From contig JAVKIJ010000006.1 of the NCBI GenBank assembly GCA_031459535.1, positions 1 to 64,000 on the forward strand: 64,000 bases of DNA, in the 5' to 3' direction. How positions within the stretch are numbered: the first letter of the stretch is position 1; each line of letters starts with the position of its first letter. This stretch comes from Candidatus Fervidifonticultor quintus (lineage in GTDB: Bacteria > Sysuimicrobiota > Sysuimicrobiia > Sysuimicrobiales > Humicultoraceae). A program made the translations under genes and the position numbers. Of this stretch, positions 51,035 through 59,973 are shown one piece after another. A model generated the notes under the pieces. That model worked only from the letters and a program-made list of their open reading frames with translations. It did not search any database and was not told where the DNA came from.

Positions 51035-54000
51035 GTGAGCACCTCCGCGCCTGCCGCCGTCCGTCACGTCATTGAGGAGTACAAGCGCTTTCTCCGGACC
51101 TCATTTCGCTTCCTCGACCCTCATCTCCGCGACCAGTTCGAGGCCCACCTGCAGCAAATGGACGTCCTGGTGCGTGGGCCGTACGTGACCCTGGCCCGGG
51201 ACTTCGAGCGGGGCGCCCGGTTGAGGGATCTCGTCGAAGAGGGCCTGCTCGCCCCGGAGATCCTGCGCGCCCGCTGGCCCTTCGGCGACGGCGCCCTCCA
51301 CCTACACCAGGATCTCGCCATCCGTGCTGGCGTGGCCGGCCGCCCCTACCTCGTCACCACCGGCACCGGGTCGGGAAAAACCGAAGCGTTCCTCATTCCT
51401 ATCCTCGACCACTGCCTGAAGGCCAACGGCCGCGGTGAGGCTGGCCTCAAGGCCATCTTGCTCTATCCCATGAACGCCCTGGCCAACGACCAGCTGGAGC
51501 GCCTGCGGGCGTTGCTGCGCGAGACGGGGCTGCCGGTGTCCTTCGGGCTTTACGTCCAGCAGGACGCCGAGAAGCTCGACCTCCCCGAGCCGCCGGTGCC
51601 GGAGCTGGAACGTGTGAACCGAGGGCAAATCCGCGCGGAGCCTCCCGACATCCTCTTGACGAACTACAAGATGCTCGAGTACCTGCTCGTGCGAAAGGAG
51701 GACCGCCACCTCTTCACGCCGAGCCTGCGGTTCCTGGTCCTCGACGAGATCCACTCCTATCGGGGGGCCCTCGCCTCCGAGATTGCCTGCTTGATCCGAC
51801 GCCTCAAAGCCCGAGCCGGACTGGCTCCGGGGCGGCTGGTCGGTGTGGGGACCTCGGCCACGGTGGCGGCAGGCGAGGAAGGCATTCGAGCGTTGGCTCG
51901 TTTCGCCACCGCGTTGTTCGGCGAGCCATTCGACCCTGGCGACGTGTTTGCCGAGCGGCTGGCACCACGAGTCGATGCCACGGCCACCCGCTGGGTTCCG
52001 CCCGCCCCTCCTGTGCGGGTCGAGGACATCAGCGGACTCGATGTGGCAAGCGACGACCAGGTCGTGGCCCTGGCGGAGCTGCTGACAGGCAGGCGTGCAC
52101 CTCGAGAGGGCCCTGTCGCCCGGCGGGTCGGGGGACTGTTGGAAGGCAACGCCATCGTGCAGGCGCTCGAACAGATCTTCACTCGACCGAAGACAGTCAT
52201 GGAAGCGGCTGAGGAGCTGGCCAGACTGGTTCCCGAGCGCGCTGAGATCCCGCCGGCCCAGCGAGCGGCTGAAATCGAGGCGTATCTGGTGGTGGGTTCG
52301 GTGGGTTCCGACGAGCACCCGCCGCGCCTCCGGCCCAAGCTCCACACGTTTTTCCACGGCGTCTACGACGTCTACCTGTGCCTGAACCCCGACTGCCGCA
52401 CGCTCGTGCCGCACGGCGAGGCTACCTGCCTCCGGTGTGGTTCGGTCGCCAGGCCGGCGGTGCTGTGCCGCACATGCGGGCAGGACTTCGTCAAGGTTCG
52501 GGCGACAGGCGACTCGGAGCCGCCCGAACCCAGCGCGGAATTCCGCAGCGACGACCGCACGATGTTCCTCACCCCGAAGATCCACGTTTTTGCCGAGCGG
52601 TCCGAAGAGGACGAAGCGGAACTCGAAGAGCTAGATGACGGCCTGGAGGGTACGCATGTCTGCCCCGGCTGTGGCGGCGTCGGTTCCGCGTCCTGCCTCC
52701 GGTGTAATCGAGACACCGTTCCATACCGCCTGCACCGGGGCCCGCTTCACAAGTGTCCGGCCTGTGGCGACACCTATCCGAGGCGTGATGTGGTGACCCC
52801 GCTGTGGAGCGCGACGGCCGCCAGTGTCTCGGTGCTCGCGACCCACCACCTCGACTACCTTGACGGTAACGATCATAAGCTCCTGATCTTTGCGGACAGC
52901 AGGCAAGAGGTCGCCCACCAGGCCGGGTACTCCGCCGACCGACACCGCGCGTTCGCGGTCCGTCATCTCATCGAGGCCGAGGTCAGGGCGGCGGGGCCGG
53001 CCGGCCTGGCCCTGGAGGACATCCCACAGCGCCTCCTCGACGGGTTCCGCAGACTGAGGTTGGTCACCCCGGCGCCGACCAAGGGCGAGCAGGAGAAGTG
53101 GCTGCAGGTCTTCAGTTACGAGGCCGCGGCCGAGTTCTGCCGCTCCACCGGGCGACGGGTCTCTCTGGAGAACCTGGGGCTGGTGGCCGTGGACTACGAG
53201 TTCCTCGATGCCCTGGTGGCCGACCCCCGGTTTGCCGCAGCCGCCTCCGACGCCGGTCTCTCGCCTGAGGAGGGCGGGCGGCTTGTGCGGGCCATGCTCG
53301 ACTTCATGCGTCGGCGGAGGGCGGTATCCTTCGACTTCTTCCAGCGTTACATCGACACCTCGGCTCTTCCCTGGCGCGACCTGGAGCGGGAGCCGTATTC
53401 GTTACGCATTCCGGACCGGGAACTAAATCCCGTGGCGTTCATGCTCGACCGGCCCAAGCATCTCAAGAAGCGTTTTCAGGGCATTGCCAGGGAAGAAGGT
53501 GCGAAGGGACGCCTGCCGGGGTTGCATAGACTGGCTGCACGGGTTATTGGGGATCCCGATGTTGCCGAGTTGTTCTTGCGCCGGGTCGTGGCCATGGCCA
53601 AGGAGCACGGCCTGCTCGAGGTGGTGCGGATCAGGGTGCCGGCCAAGGAGCGCGTGGCGGGAGTAGAGCCTCTCCAGGTGGCGAAGCGGGTCGTCCGCCT
53701 AGTTCCCGCGCAGGCGGGCTGGCGCTGCGTGGCCTGCCAGGAGTGGCGGCCCTACGACTTCCGCGGGTGTCCGTCGCCACGGTGTGAGACCGGAAGGCTG
53801 GAGCCGGCGTCTGCCGATCCGGACCACTACTACGTTCGCTTCTACCGAGGCAGGCCCCAGCGCTTCGCCGTACTCGAACACTCGGCCCAGATTTCCGGCG
53901 ACGATCGCGCCAGGCGCGAGAAGGACTTCAAGGAAAGCCGCCTGGACGTCCTGGTCTGCACGCCGACGCTGGAACTGGGAGTGGATATCGGCCCCCTCCT

Positions 54001-56173
54001 GACGGTCGTGCTCAGGAACGCGCCGCCCATGCCGGCCAACTACCTCCAGCGGGTCGGCCGCGCCGGACGGAGGCTTCGCATCGGATTCGTCTCGACCTTC
54101 TGCGGCCCCGGCCCGCACGACCGCCATGCCTTCGAAAACCCTCCCTGGTTGGTGGCGGGCGAGTTTCGTCCCCCGCACGTCCGGCTCGACAACCGCCGTA
54201 TCGTCGAGCGCCACCTGCGCTCCTTCGTCCTCGAAGAGCTGGATGTCGGACTGCCGAGTCGGATGGCGGACTTCCTCGACGACGTCCGCCATCCGACGAC
54301 CCGAAAGATCGATTGTCTGGACCGGCTCTACCACGAGGTGACCACCAAGCGGGATGCGCTGGTTGATCGCCTGGCCTCGCTGTTCGAGGCGGACCGTGCG
54401 GCGGGACGCGTCAGCGGATTGGACGCTGAGGAGGTCAGGCCCATCGTCGACCGGTTTCGAGAGGATATGGAGCAGGCTTTCGATTCATGGTGGGCACAAG
54501 TCCAGCGCCTCAACGAGGAGTTCCAGCTCTACTCCAAGATCGGATCCACCCAGTACGACAAGCGCAAGGCGGCGGCCCGCCAGCGGGCCTACTTTGAGAT
54601 CACGCAGGACCGCGAGCGCGCCTACTCCCTGAGCTTCCTTGCCGAAGCCGGCCTGCTCCCTTCCTACCAGTTTCCCACCGACACCTTTTCGTTGGATCCA
54701 GGCGTGCAGGACACGCCGACCCTCTTCCGGTCAGCGGCGCTCGCAGTTGAAGAGTTCGCGCCCGGCAACCTCGTCTACGCTAACGGCCACAAGCTCAAGA
54801 CAATCCGCGCCATCTTCGCCGGCAGCTGGACGCCGTACGGCATCGTGGGAGCCAAGACGAACCTCGAGTCGTCGGGGTTGGCCCGCGCGTTCTACTTCTG
54901 TGAGGCCTGCGACATGAGTACGGAAACAGCCCGGAATGAGTGCCCTGTGTGCGGGCAGGCACTGGGCCGTCACACCAACGTGGCCTTCGTCAAGCAGTTC
55001 GAAGCCGAAGACCAAACCCGTATCACGGCCGACGAGGACGTCCGTGAACGCCGCCGCTTCGATATCCGCCAGACGCTTGTGGAGGAGGACGGTGCTAGCG
55101 CGAGGCTCTTCGAATACCCCCTCCTGCCTCTCGAGCACCGCCGGGATGCACGTATCCTGATTACGAACTGGGGCCAGCAAGATCCTAAGAGCGGGGAAGG
55201 AGAGCACTTCTGGATCTGCACGGAGTGCGGTCGCCACCGCCCGTCCGACGACGAGCGGACGAAGCGGTGGGACGAGGACCATGCCCGGATCTGTCCAGGT
55301 CAGTGCGAGGAGCTGATCCTGGGTTACGAGTTCCGCACAGACGCGCTCGTTGTGACCGTCCCCCCGCAGCCGGGGGGATCTCTTTATGACGCAGCCCTTC
55401 TCGCCTCAGCTGCCGAAGCCTTGCTGATTGCCGCAACCGCCTATCTGGAGACCGAGCCCACGGAGATCGCGGCCTTTCCCCGCCGTCTGGGCGAGGGGCA
55501 GCCCGGTCAGGTTGTGCTGTACGAGACGGTTCCTGGAGGTGCCGGTTATCTGGAGGAACTTGCCGCCAACCTGCCCGCGGGCGCGGCGGCCGCCTATCAG
55601 CGCCTGTTCGGCCATGACTGTGCCCGCGCCTGCTATCGGTGCCTCAAGCGCTTTGGCAATCAGCGCTGGCACGGGCTTCTGGACAAGGAGCTCGTCAGAG
55701 GAATGCTGTTCCATCTGATCCACACGGAGCCGGTGATCCCCACCATGCTTCCGGCCGGGAGCGGCGCACGCACCCTTCAGGCCCACCTGGCGGCCCGGCA
55801 GGAAGAGCGTCAGAGAGGTGTCTATCCGAAGGGGCACATCGAAGAAGTCCTGCTGGACGCGCTGCGGACATTTGGCGATGTCCCGAGCCCTGTACGAGAT
55901 TACGAGATCCGCCATCCTGACGGAGCGCTGGTAACGGTCCCTGACTTCACGTGGCCCGACGTCCGCCTTGCGGTCTACTGCGATAGTTATCAGCATCACG
56001 CCGAACGAGAAGTATTGGAGATGGACGCTGCTAAGCGCAACTACCTGCAGCGCGACGGCTGGGTGGTCCTGCAGTATTGGGGGCGAGTCATCTTGAGCAA
56101 GCCGGAACGCTGTGCTGCGGAAATTGTGGACACGTGGCGCCGGAGGAGGAATCGCAGCACATCGCCGGCCTGA
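51035..56173 (+). CDS. YprA-family DExH helicase + Zn ribbons + DUF1998 + DUF559/Vsr-like nuclease fusion
   Basis: TGTGSGKTEAF, YPMNALANDQ, DEIH, TPTLELGVDIG, NYLQRVGRAGRR, YETVPGGAGY..CARACYRCL and PDF..VYCDSYQHH. Confidence 0.9.
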   Translation: MSTSAPAAVRHVIEEYKRFLRTSFRFLDPHLRDQFEAHLQQMDVLVRGPYVTLARDFERGARLRDLVEEGLLAPEILRARWPFGDGALHLHQDLAIRAGVAGRPYLVTTGTGSGKTEAFLIPILDHCLKANGRGEAGLKAILLYPMNALANDQLERLRALLRETGLPVSFGLYVQQDAEKLDLPEPPVPELERVNRGQIRAEPPDILLTNYKMLEYLLVRKEDRHLFTPSLRFLVLDEIHSYRGALASEIACLIRRLKARAGLAPGRLVGVGTSATVAAGEEGIRALARFATALFGEPFDPGDVFAERLAPRVDATATRWVPPAPPVRVEDISGLDVASDDQVVALAELLTGRRAPREGPVARRVGGLLEGNAIVQALEQIFTRPKTVMEAAEELARLVPERAEIPPAQRAAEIEAYLVVGSVGSDEHPPRLRPKLHTFFHGVYDVYLCLNPDCRTLVPHGEATCLRCGSVARPAVLCRTCGQDFVKVRATGDSEPPEPSAEFRSDDRTMFLTPKIHVFAERSEEDEAELEELDDGLEGTHVCPGCGGVGSASCLRCNRDTVPYRLHRGPLHKCPACGDTYPRRDVVTPLWSATAASVSVLATHHLDYLDGNDHKLLIFADSRQEVAHQAGYSADRHRAFAVRHLIEAEVRAAGPAGLALEDIPQRLLDGFRRLRLVTPAPTKGEQEKWLQVFSYEAAAEFCRSTGRRVSLENLGLVAVDYEFLDALVADPRFAAAASDAGLSPEEGGRLVRAMLDFMRRRRAVSFDFFQRYIDTSALPWRDLEREPYSLRIPDRELNPVAFMLDRPKHLKKRFQGIAREEGAKGRLPGLHRLAARVIGDPDVAELFLRRVVAMAKEHGLLEVVRIRVPAKERVAGVEPLQVAKRVVRLVPAQAGWRCVACQEWRPYDFRGCPSPRCETGRLEPASADPDHYYVRFYRGRPQRFAVLEHSAQISGDDRARREKDFKESRLDVLVCTPTLELGVDIGPLLTVVLRNAPPMPANYLQRVGRAGRRLRIGFVSTFCGPGPHDRHAFENPPWLVAGEFRPPHVRLDNRRIVERHLRSFVLEELDVGLPSRMADFLDDVRHPTTRKIDCLDRLYHEVTTKRDALVDRLASLFEADRAAGRVSGLDAEEVRPIVDRFREDMEQAFDSWWAQVQRLNEEFQLYSKIGSTQYDKRKAAARQRAYFEITQDRERAYSLSFLAEAGLLPSYQFPTDTFSLDPGVQDTPTLFRSAALAVEEFAPGNLVYANGHKLKTIRAIFAGSWTPYGIVGAKTNLESSGLARAFYFCEACDMSTETARNECPVCGQALGRHTNVAFVKQFEAEDQTRITADEDVRERRRFDIRQTLVEEDGASARLFEYPLLPLEHRRDARILITNWGQQDPKSGEGEHFWICTECGRHRPSDDERTKRWDEDHARICPGQCEELILGYEFRTDALVVTVPPQPGGSLYDAALLASAAEALLIAATAYLETEPTEIAAFPRRLGEGQPGQVVLYETVPGGAGYLEELAANLPAGAAAAYQRLFGHDCARACYRCLKRFGNQRWHGLLDKELVRGMLFHLIHTEPVIPTMLPAGSGARTLQAHLAARQEERQRGVYPKGHIEEVLLDALRTFGDVPSPVRDYEIRHPDGALVTVPDFTWPDVRLAVYCDSYQHHAEREVLEMDAAKRNYLQRDGWVVLQYWGRVILSKPERCAAEIVDTWRRRRNRSTSPA

Positions 56174-56221
56174 TGTTCATGTGCCCACGACCCTGGAGCG
56201 CGAATGGCCCGTGGAGCACCA

Positions 56222-57436
56222 TCACGCGCCCCGCGACGTCCGCCCCGTCGATTGACGCGCCCGCGCGCCCACTCGGCGGACCGATGCCACGATGCCCGGC
56301 AGCACCTCCAGGAGCCGGTCGATGTGCTCCGGGACGGTCCAGCGGCCCAGCGAGAACCGCAGCGTACCCGCCGCCAGATCGTCGGGCAGGCCGAGCGCGG
56401 CGATGACGTGGGACGGCTCCAGGCTGCCCGAGGTGCAGGCCGAGCCGCTGGAGGCGGCGATCCCCTCCAGGTCGAGGGCCAGCAGCAGTGACTCGCTGTC
56501 GGCTCCGGCGAACGAGGCGCTGACGATACCCGGCAGGCGCTGCTCGGGATGGCCGTTGAGGCGGGTGCCCTCGATCGTCGCCAGGCCGGCCACCAGGCGG
56601 TCGCGCAGCGCAGCGATGCGCGAGGCCTCCTCGGCCATGCACTCCCGGGCGAGCTGCGCCGCCGTCCCGAACCCCACAACGGCCGGCGTGTTCTCAGTGC
56701 CGCCGCGGCGGCCGCGTTCCTGGCTCCCGCCGCGGAGGAGCGGCTCGATGGCCACGCCCGCGCGCACGTAGAGCGCACCCACCCCCTTGGGCCCGTAGCG
56801 CTTGTGGGCCGACAGCGAGAGCAGGTCCACGCCCAGGGCCCGCACATCCAGGGGCACGATGCCCGCGCTCTGCGTGGCATCGGTGTGGAAGGTGACGCCA
56901 CACTCCCGCGCGACGGCCGCGATCTCGGCGATGGGCGCCAGCGTGCCGATCTCGTTGTTGCTGTGCATGATCGTGATCAGGACGGTCTCCGGCCGGATCG
57001 CGCGGCGCACCGCGTCGGGGTCCACCACCCCATAGCCGTCCACCGGCAGCACCGTGAGCTCCGCGCCGTGTTCGGCCCACCACCGGCAGGGCTCCAGCAC
57101 CGCGTGGTGCTCGGTCGCCGCGGTGATGATGTGCGGTCGCGTCTTGCGGCTGGCACGGACGGTGCCGGAGATGGCCGTGTTGTTGGACTCGGTGGCGCCG
57201 GAGGTGAACACGATCTCCTGCGGGGTGGCTCCGATCAGGCGGGCGACGTCCCGGCGCGCCTCGTCCACGGCGGCCCTGGCGGCCTGACCGAAGGCGTGCA
57301 CGCTGCCGGCATTGCCGAAACGCTCGACGTGGTACGGCACCATGGCCGCAAGCACCCGGGGGTCCACCGGGGTCGTCGCCGCGTAGTCCAGATAGATGTC
57401 GCGGCCCCGAACGTCTGCGGGAATGCTGTCCATCAT
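56222..57436 (-). CDS. iscS: Cysteine desulfurase (IscS/NifS group I)
   Basis: IYLDYAATTP, SGATESNN, SAHKRYGPKG and SSGSACTS. Confidence 0.93.
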   Translation of the reverse strand: MMDSIPADVRGRDIYLDYAATTPVDPRVLAAMVPYHVERFGNAGSVHAFGQAARAAVDEARRDVARLIGATPQEIVFTSGATESNNTAISGTVRASRKTRPHIITAATEHHAVLEPCRWWAEHGAELTVLPVDGYGVVDPDAVRRAIRPETVLITIMHSNNEIGTLAPIAEIAAVARECGVTFHTDATQSAGIVPLDVRALGVDLLSLSAHKRYGPKGVGALYVRAGVAIEPLLRGGSQERGRRGGTENTPAVVGFGTAAQLARECMAEEASRIAALRDRLVAGLATIEGTRLNGHPEQRLPGIVSASFAGADSESLLLALDLEGIAASSGSACTSGSLEPSHVIAALGLPDDLAAGTLRFSLGRWTVPEHIDRLLEVLPGIVASVRRVGARARQSTGRTSRGA

Positions 57437-57495
57437 GGGCCCATTATACGGGTGGTGACCCCTCGCGGTGGAAATGAGGCGAGGAGGAGGCGTGC

Positions 57496-58680
57496 ATGGA
57501 CAACAGGTGGTGCGGGCGTCGACGGCCGGGACCGGTGGGCCGCGCGGCCCTGGTCGCGGCCTCGCTGTGCGCGGTCGCGCTCGGCGGGTCTGGGGTCGGC
57601 GCGCAGGAGGGCCGGGCAGCGCCGGGGGCCCTGCAGGTGCGTCTGCAGCCCGTCATCCGGGGCCTGGACCAGCCCGTCTACGTCACGCACGCCGGCGACC
57701 GCTCGGGCCGGCTTTTCGTGGTCGAGCAGGGGGGACTGATCCGCGTCGCGCGCGCTGGCCAGCTGCGCCCCGCGCCCTTCCTGGACCTGCGGCGTCGGGT
57801 CGTCGCCGGCGGTGAGCTGGGCCTGCTCAGCGTCGCCTTCCACCCGCGCTACGCGAGCAACGGCCGCCTGTTCGTCAACTATACGACCCAGGAGGGGGGC
57901 CTCAAGACGGTCATCGCCGAGTACCGCACGCCGGCCGCAGGTGCCGACACGGCGAATCCGACCGAACACGTGCTGCTGGATATTCCGCAGCCCTTCCGCA
58001 ACCACAACGGCGGTCTGAACCTCTTCGGACCCGACGGCATGCTCTACATCGGAATGGGCGACGGCGGGTCCGCCGGGGACCCGTTCAACAACGGCCAGCG
58101 CCTCGATGTGCTGCTGGGCAAGCTGTTGCGCATCGACGTGGACGATGACGGTCGCTACCGGGTGCCGCCCGACAACCCGTTGGTGGGCCGCCCCGGCGCC
58201 CGGCCGGAGATCTGGGCCTGGGGCCTGCGCAATCCCTGGCGGTTTTCGTTCGACCGGGCCACGGGCCGGCTGTTCCTGGCAGACGTCGGGCAGAACGCCG
58301 TCGAGGAGATCGATCTCGTCGAGCGGGGCGGGAACTACGGCTGGAACATCATGGAGGGCTCGCGCTGCTTCAAGGCGCCCGACTGTGAGACGGCCGGACT
58401 GCAGTTGCCTATTGCGGAGTACACCCATGAGCAGGGCTGCTCGGTCACCGGGGGCTACGTCTACCGGGGCCGCCGGATCCGCGAGCTGGTGGGGCGGTAT
58501 CTGTTCGGCGACTACTGCAGCGGTCGCCTCTGGACGCTGACCGAGACCCCCGGCGGGCGCTGGACCATGACCCTGCTGCTGGAGAGTGAGCTGCGCATCA
58601 GCTCCTTCGGCGAGGACCAGGACGGCGAACTCTACGTCGTCGACCACCGCGGCGCGGTCTACCTGCTCACCGGGCGCTGA
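57496..58680 (+). CDS. PQQ-dependent sugar (glucose/sorbosone) dehydrogenase family, secreted
   Basis: Signal-like N-terminus, NHNGG..FGPDG.LYIGMGDGG and GLRNPWRFSFD. Confidence 0.9.
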   Translation: MDNRWCGRRRPGPVGRAALVAASLCAVALGGSGVGAQEGRAAPGALQVRLQPVIRGLDQPVYVTHAGDRSGRLFVVEQGGLIRVARAGQLRPAPFLDLRRRVVAGGELGLLSVAFHPRYASNGRLFVNYTTQEGGLKTVIAEYRTPAAGADTANPTEHVLLDIPQPFRNHNGGLNLFGPDGMLYIGMGDGGSAGDPFNNGQRLDVLLGKLLRIDVDDDGRYRVPPDNPLVGRPGARPEIWAWGLRNPWRFSFDRATGRLFLADVGQNAVEEIDLVERGGNYGWNIMEGSRCFKAPDCETAGLQLPIAEYTHEQGCSVTGGYVYRGRRIRELVGRYLFGDYCSGRLWTLTETPGGRWTMTLLLESELRISSFGEDQDGELYVVDHRGAVYLLTGR

Positions 58681-58707
58681 GGCGCGCCGGCGCCTGGCCG
58701 GGCGGCG

Positions 58708-59205
58708 TCACCGAGCGTCGGCGTCTACGTAGTCGAGGACGTCGGTCAGCTTGTATATGTCCACGCCGTAGTGCAGGAACCGGATGGGGCCCACCTCACG
58801 CCGGATCGCCTCAAGGTGGATGCGGCGGTCGTCCACGTAGAGCACCTCCGAGGGGACCAGCGCCGCGCCGCGGCGGGCGAGCTCGTCCAGCAGGGCGCCG
58901 ATGGTCCGGTGCTTGTCCGGATGCGGCTCCACTTTGCGGTAGTCGAAGTAGCCTCCGATCTCCAGCAGGGCGAAGATCTCGTCAACCGGGGCCGGCTCGT
59001 TCCACGACGCGCACGCCACGATCACTCCTCTCTGCCGCAGGCCCGCCAGCAGGGGGCGGGTCTGTGGGAACAGCGTGACGCGCACGCCGGCCTGATCCTC
59101 CACGGTGTCGGGGCCGACCCGTCGGAACGGCCGCGCCAGTCCCGTGACGTCGCGGTGATCCCAGAGGGTGCGGTCGCAGTCGAGGATGACCAGGCGGACG
59201 GCCAT
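58708..59205 (-). CDS. Magnesium-dependent phosphatase-1 (HAD IIIC)
   Basis: LDCDRTLWDH, ASWN, K and YVDDR motifs. Confidence 0.85.
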   Translation of the reverse strand: MAVRLVILDCDRTLWDHRDVTGLARPFRRVGPDTVEDQAGVRVTLFPQTRPLLAGLRQRGVIVACASWNEPAPVDEIFALLEIGGYFDYRKVEPHPDKHRTIGALLDELARRGAALVPSEVLYVDDRRIHLEAIRREVGPIRFLHYGVDIYKLTDVLDYVDADAR

Positions 59206-59783
59206 TACGTCCCGGCCGGCTCGCCGGTCAGCACCGCCACGAGCCGGCGGACGATGCGGGCGGTGACCCCCCAGATGACGTGGGGCGGGTAGTCGTAGAA
59301 GAGCAGGTCGAACTCACGACCGTCGCGCGCCACGCGTTCGGTGCGCAGGTTCGCCGGGTCCATGAAGAACCGCAGCGGCACGGTCACGATGGCCTCGGTT
59401 TCGGCGGGGTTGGGGCGCGGCGCCACCGGTGGGGGGAGGAACCCGACAAACGGGGTGATGGCGAACCCGGAGACGACGGCCTCGACCTCGTCCAGGCGAC
59501 CCCAGATCTGTACCGACTCCGGCGGCACGCCGATCTCTTCATAGGTCTCCCGGAGGGCGGTCGCGAGCAGGTCGGGGTCGCGGGCCTCGTGTCGGCCGCC
59601 CGGGAAGGAGATCTGGCCCTTGTGGTGCTCGACGTCCTCCGTGCGCTTTGTGAACATCAGGCAGGGGACGCCGCCCGAAACATACACCGGCACCAGGACG
59701 GCGGCGCGGCGGTACGGGTTGGGAGGCAGGTCGCGAGCGGTATAGGCGGCCAGGCGGGCGCGCAGCTGCTCCAGCAGATCCAC
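59205..59783 (-). CDS. CoA pyrophosphatase-type Nudix hydrolase
   Basis: AAVLVP, HKGQISFPGG..ALRETYEEIG and IWGVTA. Confidence 0.9.
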   Translation of the reverse strand: MDLLEQLRARLAAYTARDLPPNPYRRAAVLVPVYVSGGVPCLMFTKRTEDVEHHKGQISFPGGRHEARDPDLLATALRETYEEIGVPPESVQIWGRLDEVEAVVSGFAITPFVGFLPPPVAPRPNPAETEAIVTVPLRFFMDPANLRTERVARDGREFDLLFYDYPPHVIWGVTARIVRRLVAVLTGEPAGT

Positions 59784-59973
59784 ACCCGGGTCTTGGCCGC
59801 GTGATGCGCGCTCTCCTCCACGGCCACGGCGCGAGGGGTCCGTCGCTGAGGGCTACACCCACCCGTACTAGATATCGGTGGTCAGCCTACAGGGGGACAC
59901 AATATCCTGAAGACCCGAAGCAGGAGTTCCGTCACCGACGGGGAATGAAAGGGAGACCCCGGGGGGAAGGCCG

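Noticed and set aside
29111-56173. Canonical DISARM, BREX or Druantia call; prophage or ICE call
   Set aside because: No drmC or separate drmB, no pglZ/brxC or other Dru genes, and no integrase, tRNA, conjugation or phage genes. No flanking direct repeat was found by eye.
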